Below, piece after piece: positions 38,568 to 49,016 of a DNA stretch of 64,000 bases. Made by a program: the position numbers and the translations under genes. Origin of the DNA: an uncultured Gammaproteobacteria bacterium (lineage in GTDB: Bacteria > Pseudomonadota > Gammaproteobacteria > Chromatiales > Chromatiaceae); the NCBI GenBank assembly GCA_963780725.1, contig CAWACV010000001.1:2632346-2696345 (forward strand), given 5' to 3'. Below the pieces are notes generated by a model. That model searched no databases. It was not told the DNA's origin and worked only from the letters and a program-made list of their open reading frames with translations. The first letter of the stretch is position 1. Each line of letters begins with the position of its first letter.

Positions 38568-39440
38568 TTACGCCCGCTGCATTGCACTCGCCGGCAGCAC
38601 GCGCACGAATTCGCCCAAGTCCTCGACAATGCGCTGCTGGATGCCGTCCAAGGTGGTCGCGGCCATCTGGCAGCCGACGCAGGCGCCGGTCATTTTCACA
38701 TAGACCTTCTTACCGTCGATCTCGATCAGCTCCACATCGCCGCGATCACGCTGGAGATTGGGACGGATCGCCTCGATGGCCGCCTCGATCCGGCGCACGC
38801 GCTCCAGGGTGCCAAGCTTCTTGCGCTTGACCGGCTGGGGCTCGCGCGCGCTGGGATCGAAGGTGCGGCCCTCCTCGGCCAGCACTCGGGTCAGGATCTC
38901 CTCGATCCCCTCGTGACAGGCGGAGCAGCCGCCTCCGGCCTTGGTATAGTTGGTCACCTCTTCGACGGTGGAGAGCGCGTTGGCGCGAACGGTCTCCTCG
39001 ATCAGCACCGCATCCACCGCGAAGCACTTACAGACCAGCGCACCCTCCTCGTGGTCGTCCTGCCACACCTCGCCCCGGAAGTTGGCCACCGCCGCCTGAA
39101 GCGCCTCCCGACCCATGACCGAGCAGTGCATCTTCTCGGGCGGCAAGCCGTCGAGATAATCGGCGATGTCCTGGTTGCTGACCTTGAGCGCCTGATCCAA
39201 AGTCATACCCTTGACGATTTCGGTGAGCGCAGAGCTCGACGCAATCGCCGAGCCGCAGCCGAAGGTCTGGAATCCGGCGTCCAGGATGGTCTCGGTCTGG
39301 GGGTCCACCTTGAGCGACAGGCGCAGCGCATCCCCGCAGGAGAGCGAGCCCACGTCGCCGATGGCGTTGGCGTCAGCCAGGGCCCCAGCATTGCGCGGGC
39401 TGAAGAAGTGGTCTTTGACCTTGTCCGAATAATCCCACAT
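38568..39440 (-). CDS. nifU: Fe-S scaffold NifU (IscU, Fer2_BFD and Nfu domains)
   Basis: [26 protein letters not shown]...GGCSAC and GACVGC. Confidence 0.96.
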   Translation of the reverse strand: MWDYSDKVKDHFFSPRNAGALADANAIGDVGSLSCGDALRLSLKVDPQTETILDAGFQTFGCGSAIASSSALTEIVKGMTLDQALKVSNQDIADYLDGLPPEKMHCSVMGREALQAAVANFRGEVWQDDHEEGALVCKCFAVDAVLIEETVRANALSTVEEVTNYTKAGGGCSACHEGIEEILTRVLAEEGRTFDPSAREPQPVKRKKLGTLERVRRIEAAIEAIRPNLQRDRGDVELIEIDGKKVYVKMTGACVGCQMAATTLDGIQQRIVEDLGEFVRVLPASAMQRA

Positions 39441-39465
39441 GGCGTTTCTCCGGATCCTTAAGTGG

Positions 39466-39789
39466 TCAGGCGCTGAACGATTTGCCGCAGCCGCAGCTTG
39501 CCGCGGCATTGGGATTGGCGAACTTGAATCCGCTGCCTTCCATGCTGTCCTGGAAGTCCACCGTGACTCCGGCGAGCATGGGCGCGCTTAAGGGATCGAC
39601 AAAGACCCTAATGTCCCCGAATTGAACGATGGCGTCGTCGGCGCGCGCCGCCTCTTCAAGGCTCATCCCGTACTGCATACCGGAGCAGCCGCCCCCGGTG
39701 ACCGAGATGCGCAGTCCGGCGACGGGCTCCTCGGCCCCTTTAATGAAACGGCTGACGGCCTTCTGGGCGCTGGCGGTGAGGGTCAACAT
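39466..39789 (-). CDS. iscA: Fe-S cluster assembly A-type carrier (IscA-nif/HesB)
   Basis: GGGCSGMQY and [14 protein letters not shown]. Confidence 0.92.
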   Translation of the reverse strand: MLTLTASAQKAVSRFIKGAEEPVAGLRISVTGGGCSGMQYGMSLEEAARADDAIVQFGDIRVFVDPLSAPMLAGVTVDFQDSMEGSGFKFANPNAAASCGCGKSFSA

Positions 39790-39841
39790 GGCGACTTGGC
39801 TCCGTATGGCTTGAGTCTTGCTTTGCTGCTGGAGAGCATCC

Positions 39842-39857
39842 AGCAAACGCCATGCCA
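39842..39857 (-). promoter_or_regulatory. Sigma-54 promoter of iscA-nifU-nifS
   Basis: Minus strand TGGCAT-GGCGT-TTGCT. Confidence 0.8.
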
Positions 39858-39919
39858 CCGATCAGAAAACTATCAATAAACTGTTTTTAATCGATATTTT
39901 TACCCTAACCGAACGCACT

Positions 39920-39935
39920 TGTCGGCTCTGCCACA
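39920..39935. promoter_or_regulatory. NifA upstream activator sequence
   Basis: TGT-CGGCTCTGCC-ACA (TGT-N10-ACA), with an AT-rich tract between it and the sigma-54 box. Confidence 0.7.
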
Positions 39936-40030
39936 AGTAAGACCCGCTGTCCTGGTGGTATACCCGACAAGCACCGTCGGTCCTGCCGGTCCCTGGCACC
40001 CCCACACAACATTCGCAAGAGTAGCGCTTC

Positions 40031-40291
40031 ATGACGATCGACCAACTGACCCCCGGCGACCTGGTCTATGCCGCTTCCGACATCGCCAACGACGGCGGTA
40101 TACCGGACCTGCCCGAGAATGCACTGATCGCCGCCGCCGGGACCCGTGGCGTGCTCGTCAACATCGGTCACCTGGAGGAAGACCCGGGACGCGCGCTCTA
40201 CCTGGTTCGCTTCGAGGGACCGGATCTGGCGTTGGGACCGCCGACCGGATGCTGGGCGGAGGAGCTTGCCACGGCCCGACCGGAGCTTTGA
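40031..40291 (+). CDS. nifZ: Nitrogen fixation protein NifZ family
   Basis: GDLVYAASDIANDG.IP, GTRGVLVNIG, YLVRF and GCWAEEL; adjacent to nif Fe-S genes. Confidence 0.8.
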   Translation: MTIDQLTPGDLVYAASDIANDGGIPDLPENALIAAAGTRGVLVNIGHLEEDPGRALYLVRFEGPDLALGPPTGCWAEELATARPEL

Positions 40292-40506
40292 TCGCCGCCG
40301 AGGGCCTTGCAGCGATTTGCGTTCGTTTGCCGACCAAGTACGCTTTGCAGTATGACCCCGCGTGCAACCAGTTTGGCGCGGCTCCCGGCCGAGGTTTTCG
40401 ACTGCCTAATCGTAATCGTGGGAGGGGGCATCAACGGCGCAGTGTCTGCCGCCGCCCGGTCGCTATAATCCATCGCCCCTCCAACCCGACCCCCGGGAGT
40501 CTCTCC

Positions 40507-41376
40507 ATGAGCCGGATGCGCGCCCTGCGCCTGCGCCCGATCGCCCGTCCTTTCTCCATTGGCGCCCTGCTCGGCGCACTGCTCTGCCCGCCCCCGGCCC
40601 TCGCCGCCACACCCTGGGCGCAGGTCTCCATGCCCAGCCGGGGACCGGCAGCATCGATCGGCGGGGCCGCCAGCGGCTGCGTGGGCGGGGCTCAGGCCCT
40701 GCCGGAGACCGGACCCGGCTATGTGAGCATCAGGCGCGCCCGCAATCGTTATTACGGCCACCCGGAGCTGTTGCGGCTGATCCAGGACTTGGGCCGCAAC
40801 GCGGAGCGCCAGGGCTTGGGACTCATGATGGTGGGAGACCTCAGCCAGCCGCGGGGCGGGCGGATGCCATCTTCCCATCACAGCCACCAGAACGGACTGG
40901 ACGCGGACATCTGGTTCACCCTGGCTGATTCGCCGCTCTCGGCCCGCCGGACCATGGACGACAGGCCGGACCCGACCAGCATGGTCCAACCGGGCGGACT
41001 GTCCCTGAGCCCGGCCTTCGGGCGAGAGCAGCGCATCCTGCTGGAGGGCGCCGCGCGCCATCCGGCGGTCGACCGGATCTTCGTCAATGCGGCGATCAAG
41101 CGCGCGGTCTGTCAGCAGTCCAGGGGCGATCGCTCATGGCTGCGCAAGCTGCGCCCCTGGTTCGGACACGACGCACACTTCCATCTGCGCATCCGCTGTC
41201 CCGCCGACAGCCCCCAGTGCGACCCCCAGGCACCGATCCCGGCGGGCGACGGCTGCGGGAGCGAGCTGGCCTGGTGGTTCAGCGAGGAGGCGCGCAACCC
41301 GGTCAAGAAAAAGGGACCGCCCAAGGCCGACCCGCCGACCCCGGCGGCCTGCAAGGTGCTGCTGCGGGAGCCCTGA
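40507..41376 (+). CDS. mepA: Penicillin-insensitive murein endopeptidase
   Basis: RNRYYGHP, GDLSQPRGG, HHSHQNGLDADIW, RPWFGHDAHFH and GDGCG. Confidence 0.92.
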   Translation: MSRMRALRLRPIARPFSIGALLGALLCPPPALAATPWAQVSMPSRGPAASIGGAASGCVGGAQALPETGPGYVSIRRARNRYYGHPELLRLIQDLGRNAERQGLGLMMVGDLSQPRGGRMPSSHHSHQNGLDADIWFTLADSPLSARRTMDDRPDPTSMVQPGGLSLSPAFGREQRILLEGAARHPAVDRIFVNAAIKRAVCQQSRGDRSWLRKLRPWFGHDAHFHLRIRCPADSPQCDPQAPIPAGDGCGSELAWWFSEEARNPVKKKGPPKADPPTPAACKVLLREP

Positions 41377-41542
41377 GCGTAGAGTGCAGCGAAACCCATC
41401 CTCTCGCCGCGATGGCAGGGAGCCGAGCGCCTAGCCGACGCGCGGATTCGCCGCCAGCGTTCCGTGCGGGGCATTCGGGCGGGGATGCACACCACGAGGA
41501 TAGCTGCACGGCAACGGATCGGTCGGACCCCAGCACCGCCGG

Positions 41543-43522
41543 TCAGCGCCCGGACCCGCCCGCCACCCGTGGCGGCGTATCCCCCGTCCCGGGCACCGGC
41601 GGCAGCAGGTCCGAGACGCGCTTTGGCGGCTCGCCCAGGCGCGCACCGTAGATGGCCCGGTAGGCGAGCACCCGCTCCACATAGCCGCGGGTCTCGTCAT
41701 AGGGGATCGCTACGATCCAGCGATCGGCTTCCGTGCAGGTGCGGGGCAGCCAGCGGGCGACCCGGTGCGGCCCGGCGTTGTAGGCGGCGGTGGCGAGCGC
41801 GGCGTGTCCGAAACGGTCGCGCATCCGGGCCAGATAGGCGCTGCCCAGTGCGATGTTGGGTGCGGGGCTTAAGAGCTGGGCCCTGCTCGGCGCTGCCCCG
41901 TCCAGGTCCAGCTCGAGGTCGGGGTCTGCAGCCAGCTCCCGGGCGGTGGCGGGCATGAGCTGCATGAGCCCCAGCGCACCGGCTGGAGAAGCGGCGTCCG
42001 TGGCGAAGACGCTCTCCTGGCGGATGACGGCCATGATCCAGTCCGGGGGCAGCGCGGTCTGCCAGGCCTGCTCGGACGCCAGGTCCAGATAGGCCAGCGG
42101 GAAGCGCAGCTTGAGATCGTCCCAGTAGCGGGTGCGGGCCAGGGTGAAGATCGCCTGGTCGTGCCAGTCGAGCCGGTCCGCCACGACGGCCGCGGCCATC
42201 AGGTCCGGGTTGTCCAGGTCGCGCGTCAGGGTGCGCCACTCGCGGCGCATGTCGGTCTCGCGCCCCAGTACCTTGAGCGCGCGGATGCGGGCCAGTGCGG
42301 GGAGACCCTCAAGACGGCCGATGCGCTCGGGCGCTGCTGGGGTGGGGGTGTCGGCCAGGCGGTAGGGCAGACCCAGCCGGTCGGCGGCCAGGAAGCCCCA
42401 CAGGCTGCGGCGCTCCGCGGCCTGCGCCAGGGTCTCCCGCGACTCGGACTCCAGTCCCAGGGCCAGCTCCGCACGGCCTTGCCAGTAGAGCCAGCGGTCG
42501 CGCTTTTCCTCCCCGTCCGGCATGCGCTTCGCCCAGTCGGCCACCCGCTCCCAGGCATCGAGCTCGATGGCTGCGCGCAGCCGGGTTTCCTGGTGCGCCA
42601 GGTTGTCTGCACCGGCGGACATGCGGTCCCAGATGGCCAACCCCCGGGACTGTTGCTGCGGGTCCGATGCGCGGGCGAGTGCACGCCCGACTGCCCGATG
42701 GGCCAGGTCCCAGGCAGCCGGATCGGACCGCAGCGGCGCATCGGGCGAGGCGCTTGCGGATTCCAGGACCGCCGCCGCCTGGTCCGGGGACCGCCGGGCT
42801 AGCCGGGAGATCCCGTCGGCCAGGATGGCCGAGCGCATCGGGTGGGTGCCGGCCAGGGTCGTCGGGTCCAGCACCAGCTCCGGTCGCGCGTGGATTGCCA
42901 GCCAACGGTCGAGCCAGGGACGCTCGGGCTCCGGGAGCCCATCCCTCAGTTGGCCCGCCAGGCCAGTCTCTCCGGACTCCATGGCGAGCCGGATCCGGGC
43001 CCACCGGAGCCCCGCAGTCAGCCCGCCGGCCGCATCCCAGGCGTCGAACAGCGGATCGCAGGCAGTAGGCTCCGGGCCTGGCACGAGCCACAGTGGCTCA
43101 AGCTCCGTCGGGGTCAGTACCCGATCGGCCTGACCGGTAGCAACCAGTGCACGCAGATACAGACAGCGGCGCTCCACCGACTCGTCCTGCCGATAAACCC
43201 GGGCGTAATCGGCCCAGCGCTCGGCCCGGGCGAGCCGCTTGAGATAAGTGGCGCGCAACCGCTCCGCGAGCGGGGTATCCGGATACTCTGCCAAGAACCC
43301 ATCGATGGCAGCGTCCGGCGCCCCGTCCAGATCCCGGGCGAGATCGGCGAAGCGCAGATAGGGATAGAGCGGGTCGTCTCGCAGCTGCGCGCTCAACGAC
43401 TCGAATGCGGCGCGATCCCCCGCCTTCAGCGCCCGCTCCGCGCGCAGGAATGCGTCCGGATCGACGGCGAGGGCGGGCCGTGCGAGGATCAGGAGAAGGA
43501 TCGGGAGCAGTCTCGCGTTCAT
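41543..43522 (-). CDS. slt: Soluble lytic murein transglycosylase Slt70-like
   Basis: Signal peptide; PLYPYL; SLT motifs IRQES, GALGLMQLMP, AAYNAGP and IPYDETRGYV. Confidence 0.9.
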   Translation of the reverse strand: MNARLLPILLLILARPALAVDPDAFLRAERALKAGDRAAFESLSAQLRDDPLYPYLRFADLARDLDGAPDAAIDGFLAEYPDTPLAERLRATYLKRLARAERWADYARVYRQDESVERRCLYLRALVATGQADRVLTPTELEPLWLVPGPEPTACDPLFDAWDAAGGLTAGLRWARIRLAMESGETGLAGQLRDGLPEPERPWLDRWLAIHARPELVLDPTTLAGTHPMRSAILADGISRLARRSPDQAAAVLESASASPDAPLRSDPAAWDLAHRAVGRALARASDPQQQSRGLAIWDRMSAGADNLAHQETRLRAAIELDAWERVADWAKRMPDGEEKRDRWLYWQGRAELALGLESESRETLAQAAERRSLWGFLAADRLGLPYRLADTPTPAAPERIGRLEGLPALARIRALKVLGRETDMRREWRTLTRDLDNPDLMAAAVVADRLDWHDQAIFTLARTRYWDDLKLRFPLAYLDLASEQAWQTALPPDWIMAVIRQESVFATDAASPAGALGLMQLMPATARELAADPDLELDLDGAAPSRAQLLSPAPNIALGSAYLARMRDRFGHAALATAAYNAGPHRVARWLPRTCTEADRWIVAIPYDETRGYVERVLAYRAIYGARLGEPPKRVSDLLPPVPGTGDTPPRVAGGSGR

Positions 43523-43668
43523 GCGCGGATTCGTTCTTCGTTGAAAGTCGTCGGGATCTCGCGCGCGTCCTGGGGGCACTCGTGCGGAGCGGCGCTCGAC
43601 CGCATCTTAGGCAGTCGAGACCGATATCCACAACCCGGAAAGGCCCGGAACGCCCCCGCGAGGACCCC

Positions 43669-44484
43669 ATGCGCCCTGACCCCCAAGCCATCGCCCGACT
43701 GCTGCGCGAGACCGCCGCCCTGGAGATCCTGCCCCGACTGCGCCACGCCGTCTTGCGACACAAATCGGACGGCAGCCTGGTCACCGAGACCGACCTGGCG
43801 GTCCAGGGCCGTATCCGCACCGCACTGGCCCGGGACTTCCCCGACCTGCCGCTCCTAGGAGAGGAAATGACCGGGGCCGAGCAGGAGGCCCTGCTCGGCT
43901 CGGCCCAGGGCGGTATGTGGGCGCTCGACCCCCTGGACGGCACCAGCAACTATTCTCTCGGATTCCCCGGATTCGCCATCTCGCTCGCGCTGATCGAGGG
44001 CGGGGTCCCAGTCCTGGGGCTGGTGCTGGACCCGGTGCGCGACGAGTGCTTCCATGCATCGCGAGGCGACGGGGCCTTTCTGAACGGCGAGCCGATCCGA
44101 CCCTTCGCCCCATCGCGGTGCTTAGGCGACTGCCTGGCTGCCATCGACCTCAAGCGCATTCCGCCGGAGCGCGTCCCGGGACTGCTAAGGCCTGGGGGGT
44201 TCCGCTCCCAACGGAACCTGGGAGCGGTCGCCCTGGAGTGGTGCTGGCTTGCCGCCGGGCGCTTCCAGCTCTATCTGCACGGCGGACAAAGGCTCTGGGA
44301 CTATGCCGCCGGACGGCTGATCGCCACCGAAGCGGGGGTCGCGTCCCGGCTCTATCGGCCCTATGGGACCGAGTCCGCCGAAGGGCTGGGGCTGGACCAG
44401 CGGCTCGCGGTGGCCGCGGCGGACCCGGTGCTGCTCGATGCCTGGCTGGACTTCATCGGACTGCCGCTCGCCCCGGCCGGTTGA
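43669..44484 (+). CDS. Inositol monophosphatase family protein
   Basis: VTETD, LGEE, WALDPLDGTSNY and WDYAAG. Confidence 0.9.
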   Translation: MRPDPQAIARLLRETAALEILPRLRHAVLRHKSDGSLVTETDLAVQGRIRTALARDFPDLPLLGEEMTGAEQEALLGSAQGGMWALDPLDGTSNYSLGFPGFAISLALIEGGVPVLGLVLDPVRDECFHASRGDGAFLNGEPIRPFAPSRCLGDCLAAIDLKRIPPERVPGLLRPGGFRSQRNLGAVALEWCWLAAGRFQLYLHGGQRLWDYAAGRLIATEAGVASRLYRPYGTESAEGLGLDQRLAVAAADPVLLDAWLDFIGLPLAPAG

Positions 44485-44569
44485 CTCCCGCCGCTCGGGC
44501 CATATATTCAAGGACTTTCCAGCAGTGCCGGCCCCAACCCACGCTTCAACTTTACGAGGATCCGCCCCG

Positions 44570-45013
44570 ATGAGCCAAGACGTCACCGGCCTGGACATGG
44601 AGTTGGCAAGCGGCATCGCCGCCTACGAGTCCAAGCAGTTCAGCCGGGCAGCCGGGTTGCTCAGCCCGCTCGCCTCCGCGGGCGACCCGCAGGCCCAGTA
44701 CCGGGTCGCCATCATGGCCCAGAACGGGCTGGGCATGCACCCCAACCCACTGCTCGCCTACAAATATATGAAGTCCGCCGCCGCCGCCGGACTGGGGCTC
44801 GCCCAGCACGGGCTCGCATTCATGTACCTGGAAGGCGAATGCACCGAGCAGGACCCGGCGCGGGCAGCGCTCTGGTTCCGCAAGGCCGCCGAGCAAGGTT
44901 TAACCGGCGCCCAGACAAACCTGGCCATGCTCTACGAGCAGGGCCGGGGAGTCCCCAAGGACCAGGCAGAGGCCGACCGCTGGTACCGGCTGGCCGGGTT
45001 CGACGAGCGCTGA
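44570..45013 (+). CDS. Sel1-repeat protein
   Basis: AQHGLAFMYLEG, WFRKAAEQG and AQTNLAMLYEQGRGV. Confidence 0.85.
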   Translation: MSQDVTGLDMELASGIAAYESKQFSRAAGLLSPLASAGDPQAQYRVAIMAQNGLGMHPNPLLAYKYMKSAAAAGLGLAQHGLAFMYLEGECTEQDPARAALWFRKAAEQGLTGAQTNLAMLYEQGRGVPKDQAEADRWYRLAGFDER

Positions 45014-45100
45014 AGACACCCCTCCCCCGCCCGGCTGGGCAAGCGTTAAGCCCCGGGGCTGACATCCGACCCCCGACCGGCCTATAATCTTCGCCCCACT

Positions 45101-45187
45101 GCCGGGGTGGCGAAATTGGTAGACGCATCAGACTCAAAATCTGACGGGGGTGACCCCATGCCGGTTCGAGTCCGGCCCTCGGTACCA
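45101..45187 (+). tRNA. tRNA-Leu(CAA)
   Basis: GCCGGGG acceptor; D arm; anticodon arm TCAGA-CTCAAAA-TCTGA; long variable arm; GGTTCGAGTCC; encoded CCA. CTGACA-18-TATAAT lies upstream. Confidence 0.97.
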
Positions 45188-45197
45188 AGAAAAGACT

Positions 45198-45232
45198 AAG
45201 GGGTTAGGCCCAACAGCCTAACCCCTTTTTCT
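45198..45232 (+). terminator. Rho-independent terminator after tRNA-Leu
   Basis: AAGGGGTTAGGC-ccaaca-GCCTAACCCCTT followed by a T-run. Confidence 0.85.
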
Positions 45233-45492
45233 TTGCTCATCGGCCATGTGGCGCACTCTTGGCGCAGTGGCGCGCGACAGCCCGCAAAAAAGCGCAACCG
45301 ACCCGCCCGGGTTCCGCGATCCCATCGGCAGCGGACCGCAGCGGGCGGCGCGCGATCGCCTCCGGTATGCTGGGCGCTTGACCGGTAACCCCGGGACGCC
45401 CGGGTCGTCGAGCCCGGCGGTTCTTGAACGATCGCCCCCGGCTGCCGATCAAGCGTCCAGCTTCAACTCAACGAGGAACGAGGAACGAGGAC

Positions 45493-46092
45493 ATGAGAGT
45501 GCTTGTCGTCGGTGCCACCGGCACCATCGGCCGTGCCGTGGCGGCGGCCTTGAAGCCGCGGCACGAGGTCCTGTCCGCGAGTCGGCAGACCTGCCCGATC
45601 GTCGTGGATCTCACGGATCCGGAGTCGATCCGGGCCATGTTTCGGTCCGTCGGAACGGTCAATGCGGTGGTGAGCGCCGCGGGCCAGGCCAGGTTCGGGC
45701 CGCTCGACCAGCTCAACGAGGCGGATTTCCGCTTCTCCCTCGACAACAAGCTCATGGGCCAGGTGAATCTGGTGCGCCTGGGTTTCCAGCATGTGACCGA
45801 CGGCGGCTCCTTCACCCTGACCAGCGGCGTCCTGGCCCGCCGTCCCATGCACGGTAGCGCGGCCATCAGCCTGGTGAACAGCGCGCTGGAGGGTTTCGTG
45901 CGGGCGGCGGCCCTGGAGGCACCGCGCAAGATCCGCGTCAACGCGGTCAGCCCGCCCTGGGTGACCGAGACCCTGCGCGCCCTGGGCATGGACGAGGCTC
46001 AGGGGCTACCGGCCACCACCGTCGCCCGCGCCTATGTCCAGAGCGTCGAAGGCACCGAGACCGGGCTGGTGCTGGACCCGACCAACGGCTGA
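45493..46092 (+). CDS. Short-chain dehydrogenase/reductase
   Basis: VVGATGTIG, NKLMGQVNL, GGSFTLTSG and RVNAVSP; (ACGAGGA)x3 just upstream supplies the SD. Confidence 0.88.
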   Translation: MRVLVVGATGTIGRAVAAALKPRHEVLSASRQTCPIVVDLTDPESIRAMFRSVGTVNAVVSAAGQARFGPLDQLNEADFRFSLDNKLMGQVNLVRLGFQHVTDGGSFTLTSGVLARRPMHGSAAISLVNSALEGFVRAAALEAPRKIRVNAVSPPWVTETLRALGMDEAQGLPATTVARAYVQSVEGTETGLVLDPTNG

Positions 46093-46282
46093 CCCCAGGG
46101 CCGGCGCGCGTCGGCGCGGGACGATATCCCCCGATCGGGGCGGTCGGCCGGTCTCCCGCCGTCGACCCGCGGCCTGACCCTGGGGAGACCGGAGCAGCTA
46201 TTCCCGCTATGATTTCACGGTTACCGAGCCCGGGGACGCAAGTCCCCGACCCCTGCCGTTGGAGTCAGCCGCCGAGCCTCCC

Positions 46283-46873
46283 ATGCCCAGAGTCGATACC
46301 GACCGTTTCTATCGCAGCTCCCTGGAGACCCACGGGCACACCGCCGAGGGCGTGCAGTGGCACTCCGAGCACAGCCAGCGCACGCGCTTCAAGGCACTGC
46401 GCAAGCTTCTGCCGGACGATTTGTCACAGATCGTCATCGCCGATGCGGGCTGCGGTCTGGGAGACTTCTACCGATTCCTGGAGGAGCACTCGGATAAGCC
46501 CGCGCGCTATATCGGTATCGACGTGGTGGAGCCCATGGTGGAGGCGGCACGCGCGCGCGTTGGTTGCACCGTCCTGCTGCTCGATGTGCTCAAGGACCCT
46601 CTGCCCCAGGCCGATTATTATGTCTGTAGCGGCGCCATGAACACGCTGACCCGGGAGGAGACCCGGGAATTCATCGAGCGCTGCTTCGCCGCCTCGCGGA
46701 TTGGGTTCCTATTCAACCTGCTATGCGGGCGGGACACGTCATACAGCTATAACCTGTGCCTGCCGGCCGATGTGCGCGAGTGGACCAGCCATCTCGACGC
46801 GGACATACGGATCGTCGAAGGGTATCTCCACGGAGACTTCACGGTGGCCTTGATCCGTACCGCGGAGGCTTAA
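46283..46873 (+). CDS. Class I SAM-dependent methyltransferase
   Basis: DAGCGLGD, YIGIDV and DYYVCSGAMN. Confidence 0.82.
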   Translation: MPRVDTDRFYRSSLETHGHTAEGVQWHSEHSQRTRFKALRKLLPDDLSQIVIADAGCGLGDFYRFLEEHSDKPARYIGIDVVEPMVEAARARVGCTVLLLDVLKDPLPQADYYVCSGAMNTLTREETREFIERCFAASRIGFLFNLLCGRDTSYSYNLCLPADVREWTSHLDADIRIVEGYLHGDFTVALIRTAEA

Positions 46874-46877
46874 CGCG

Positions 46878-47781
46878 CTATGGTTTCTCTGCGTCCCTGG
46901 CCCCGGCCGATGTCGCCGGGCCGCCATCCACATAGCGGTCCCGCGCGGACTTGGCGCGCTCGAAGACCTCCAGCAGGTATTGTCCGTCGCCGAGTCGTAT
47001 GGCCTGGGCCAGGTCGGTGATCTCCACGCTGAAGCGGGCAAGCATGGCTGAAAGTGCCTCCCGGTTGGCCATGCAGATGTCCCGCCACATGACCGGGCTC
47101 GAAGGATGCGATGCGGGTGAAATCCCGGAAGCCGCCGGCAGCATAGCGGAAAATCTCTTCGGTCTCGTCCATGCGCGCCAGCGAGTCGACCAGGCCAAAG
47201 GCGAGCATGTGGGGCAGATGGCTGGTGGCGGCCAGGATTTCGTCGTGATGGACCACGGACATGCAGGTCACGTCGGCCCCGCAGGTACGCCACATCCATT
47301 GCACCCGCGCCACCGACTCAGGGTCGGTCTCCTCAACCGGGGTGAGGATGACCCGGCGGTCGCGGTAGAGTGTGGCGAAAGAGGCGTCGACCCCGCTACG
47401 CTCGGTCCCCGCGATCGGATGTCCGGGGACCAGGCGGGGCGGAATCCGGCCGAACGCGGCCAAGGCGTCCGCCACCACGCTGCCCTTGACGCTGCCCCCG
47501 TCGGTGACGATGGCGTCCGGGCGCAGCCGGTCTTTGATGGCCTCGAAGACCCCGCGCATGGCACCGAGCGGCACGGCCAGAAAGACCATGTCCGCCCCGG
47601 CGACGGCAGCGGCCGGGTCCTGGTCGAAGCGGTCGATCACGCCAAGCTCCACCGCGCGCTGCAGGTTGGGCAGTGCCCGCCCGCAGCCGACGACCTCCCC
47701 CACCGCACCGGCCTCCCGCAGCGCTCGGGCCAGGGAGCCGCCGATGAGCCCGACCCCGACAATCGCAAGCCGTTCGATCAT
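46878..47781 (-). CDS. tyrA: Prephenate/arogenate dehydrogenase, with an apparent +1 frameshift near 47100 (likely sequence error)
   Basis: GVGLIGGS, HPIAGTE, HDEILAATSHLPH and GFRDFTRIAS; continues as SSPVMWRDIC in another frame; span is 3n+1. Confidence 0.88.
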
Positions 47782-47820
47782 GGCCAGTTCCCCTTGAGTA
47801 TCCGAGTGCCTGCAGAACGC

Positions 47821-48933
47821 TTAAGCCTGCATCAGCGCGCCAAGCGCGGCAATAAATCGGGCGTTCTGTTCCGGGAGCCCGATGCTGATCCGCAGGTGTT
47901 GCGGCAGGCCGTAGTTGCCGACAGGACGCACGATCACCCCCTGATGCAGCAGGCCCTCGTTAATGGGTCCGGCGGGGCGGCCCAAGTCGACGGTGACGAA
48001 ATTGCCCACGGACGGGATATAGGAGAGTCCAAGCGCCTCGAATCCCGCGACGAGCTGGCGCATACCGGCGCGGTTGAGCGCCACGGAGGCGGCCACATGG
48101 TCGCGGTCGCGGATGGCGGCAGCGGCGGCCACTTGAGCCAGGCTGTTGACATTGAAGGGCTGGCGCACCCGGTTCAGCAGGTCCGCCAGACGCGGGTCGC
48201 TCAATCCATAGCCCACCCGTAGCGCCGCGAGCCCGTGTGCCTTGGAGAAGGTACGGGTGACGATCAGGTTAGGATGACTCTCCAGCCATAGGCTCGCGTC
48301 CGGAAAATCGGGCTCCGAGACATATTCCGTATAGGCTTCGTCGACCACCACGACACAGGTCTTGGGCAGACAGTCGATAAAACCGCGCAATGCCTCCGCG
48401 GCAAGCCAGGTCCCGGTGGGGTTATTGGGGTTTGCGATCCACACCACCCGGGTGCGGTCGTTGACCAGCGCATGCATGGCCTCGAGATCGTGGCCATAGT
48501 CCCGGGCCGGGGCGACGCGCGCGGTGGCGCCTACCGCCTGGGTGGAGATTGGATAGACTGCGAATGCGTGCTCGGAGAAGACCGACTCGGTGCCCGGCTG
48601 AAGAAAGACCCGGGCCACCAGGTCCAGCACGTCATTGGAGCCGTTGCCCAGGGTGACGCAGGCGGGCGAGACCCCGTGGCGATCGGCGATGGCCCGGCGC
48701 AGGTCGAATCCGCCGCCGTCCGGGTAGAACCCGATCTCGGCCAAAGCGCCCGCGATTGCCTCGCGCGCCCGCTGGCCGGGGCCCAAGGGGTTCTCGTTGG
48801 ACGCGAGCTTGATGGAGCCCGAGATCCCCAGCTCCCGCTCCAGCTCGGAGACCGGCTTGCCGGGCACATAGGGGGTGAGGCCGGCGATACCGGGGGCGGC
48901 GATGGGCAGAAATGGATTGTCTGGATGGCTCAT
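47821..48933 (-). CDS. hisC: Histidinol-phosphate aminotransferase
   Basis: KLASNENPLG, GNGSND, NPNNPTG, DEAY and RTFSKAHGLAALRVG. Confidence 0.95.
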   Translation of the reverse strand: MSHPDNPFLPIAAPGIAGLTPYVPGKPVSELERELGISGSIKLASNENPLGPGQRAREAIAGALAEIGFYPDGGGFDLRRAIADRHGVSPACVTLGNGSNDVLDLVARVFLQPGTESVFSEHAFAVYPISTQAVGATARVAPARDYGHDLEAMHALVNDRTRVVWIANPNNPTGTWLAAEALRGFIDCLPKTCVVVVDEAYTEYVSEPDFPDASLWLESHPNLIVTRTFSKAHGLAALRVGYGLSDPRLADLLNRVRQPFNVNSLAQVAAAAAIRDRDHVAASVALNRAGMRQLVAGFEALGLSYIPSVGNFVTVDLGRPAGPINEGLLHQGVIVRPVGNYGLPQHLRISIGLPEQNARFIAALGALMQA

Positions 48934-49016
48934 GGGCAAAGATCCGGGTTGGGAAGGCGCTCGGGCTTAGGACCGCCCGAGCGGTCGGGCCGAGCTATCA
49001 GGCCCGCACACGGCCC

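Noticed and set aside
45101-46873. Integrative element at tRNA-Leu
   Set aside because: No integrase and no duplicated tRNA 3' end noticed; the hairpin is adequately explained as a terminator.
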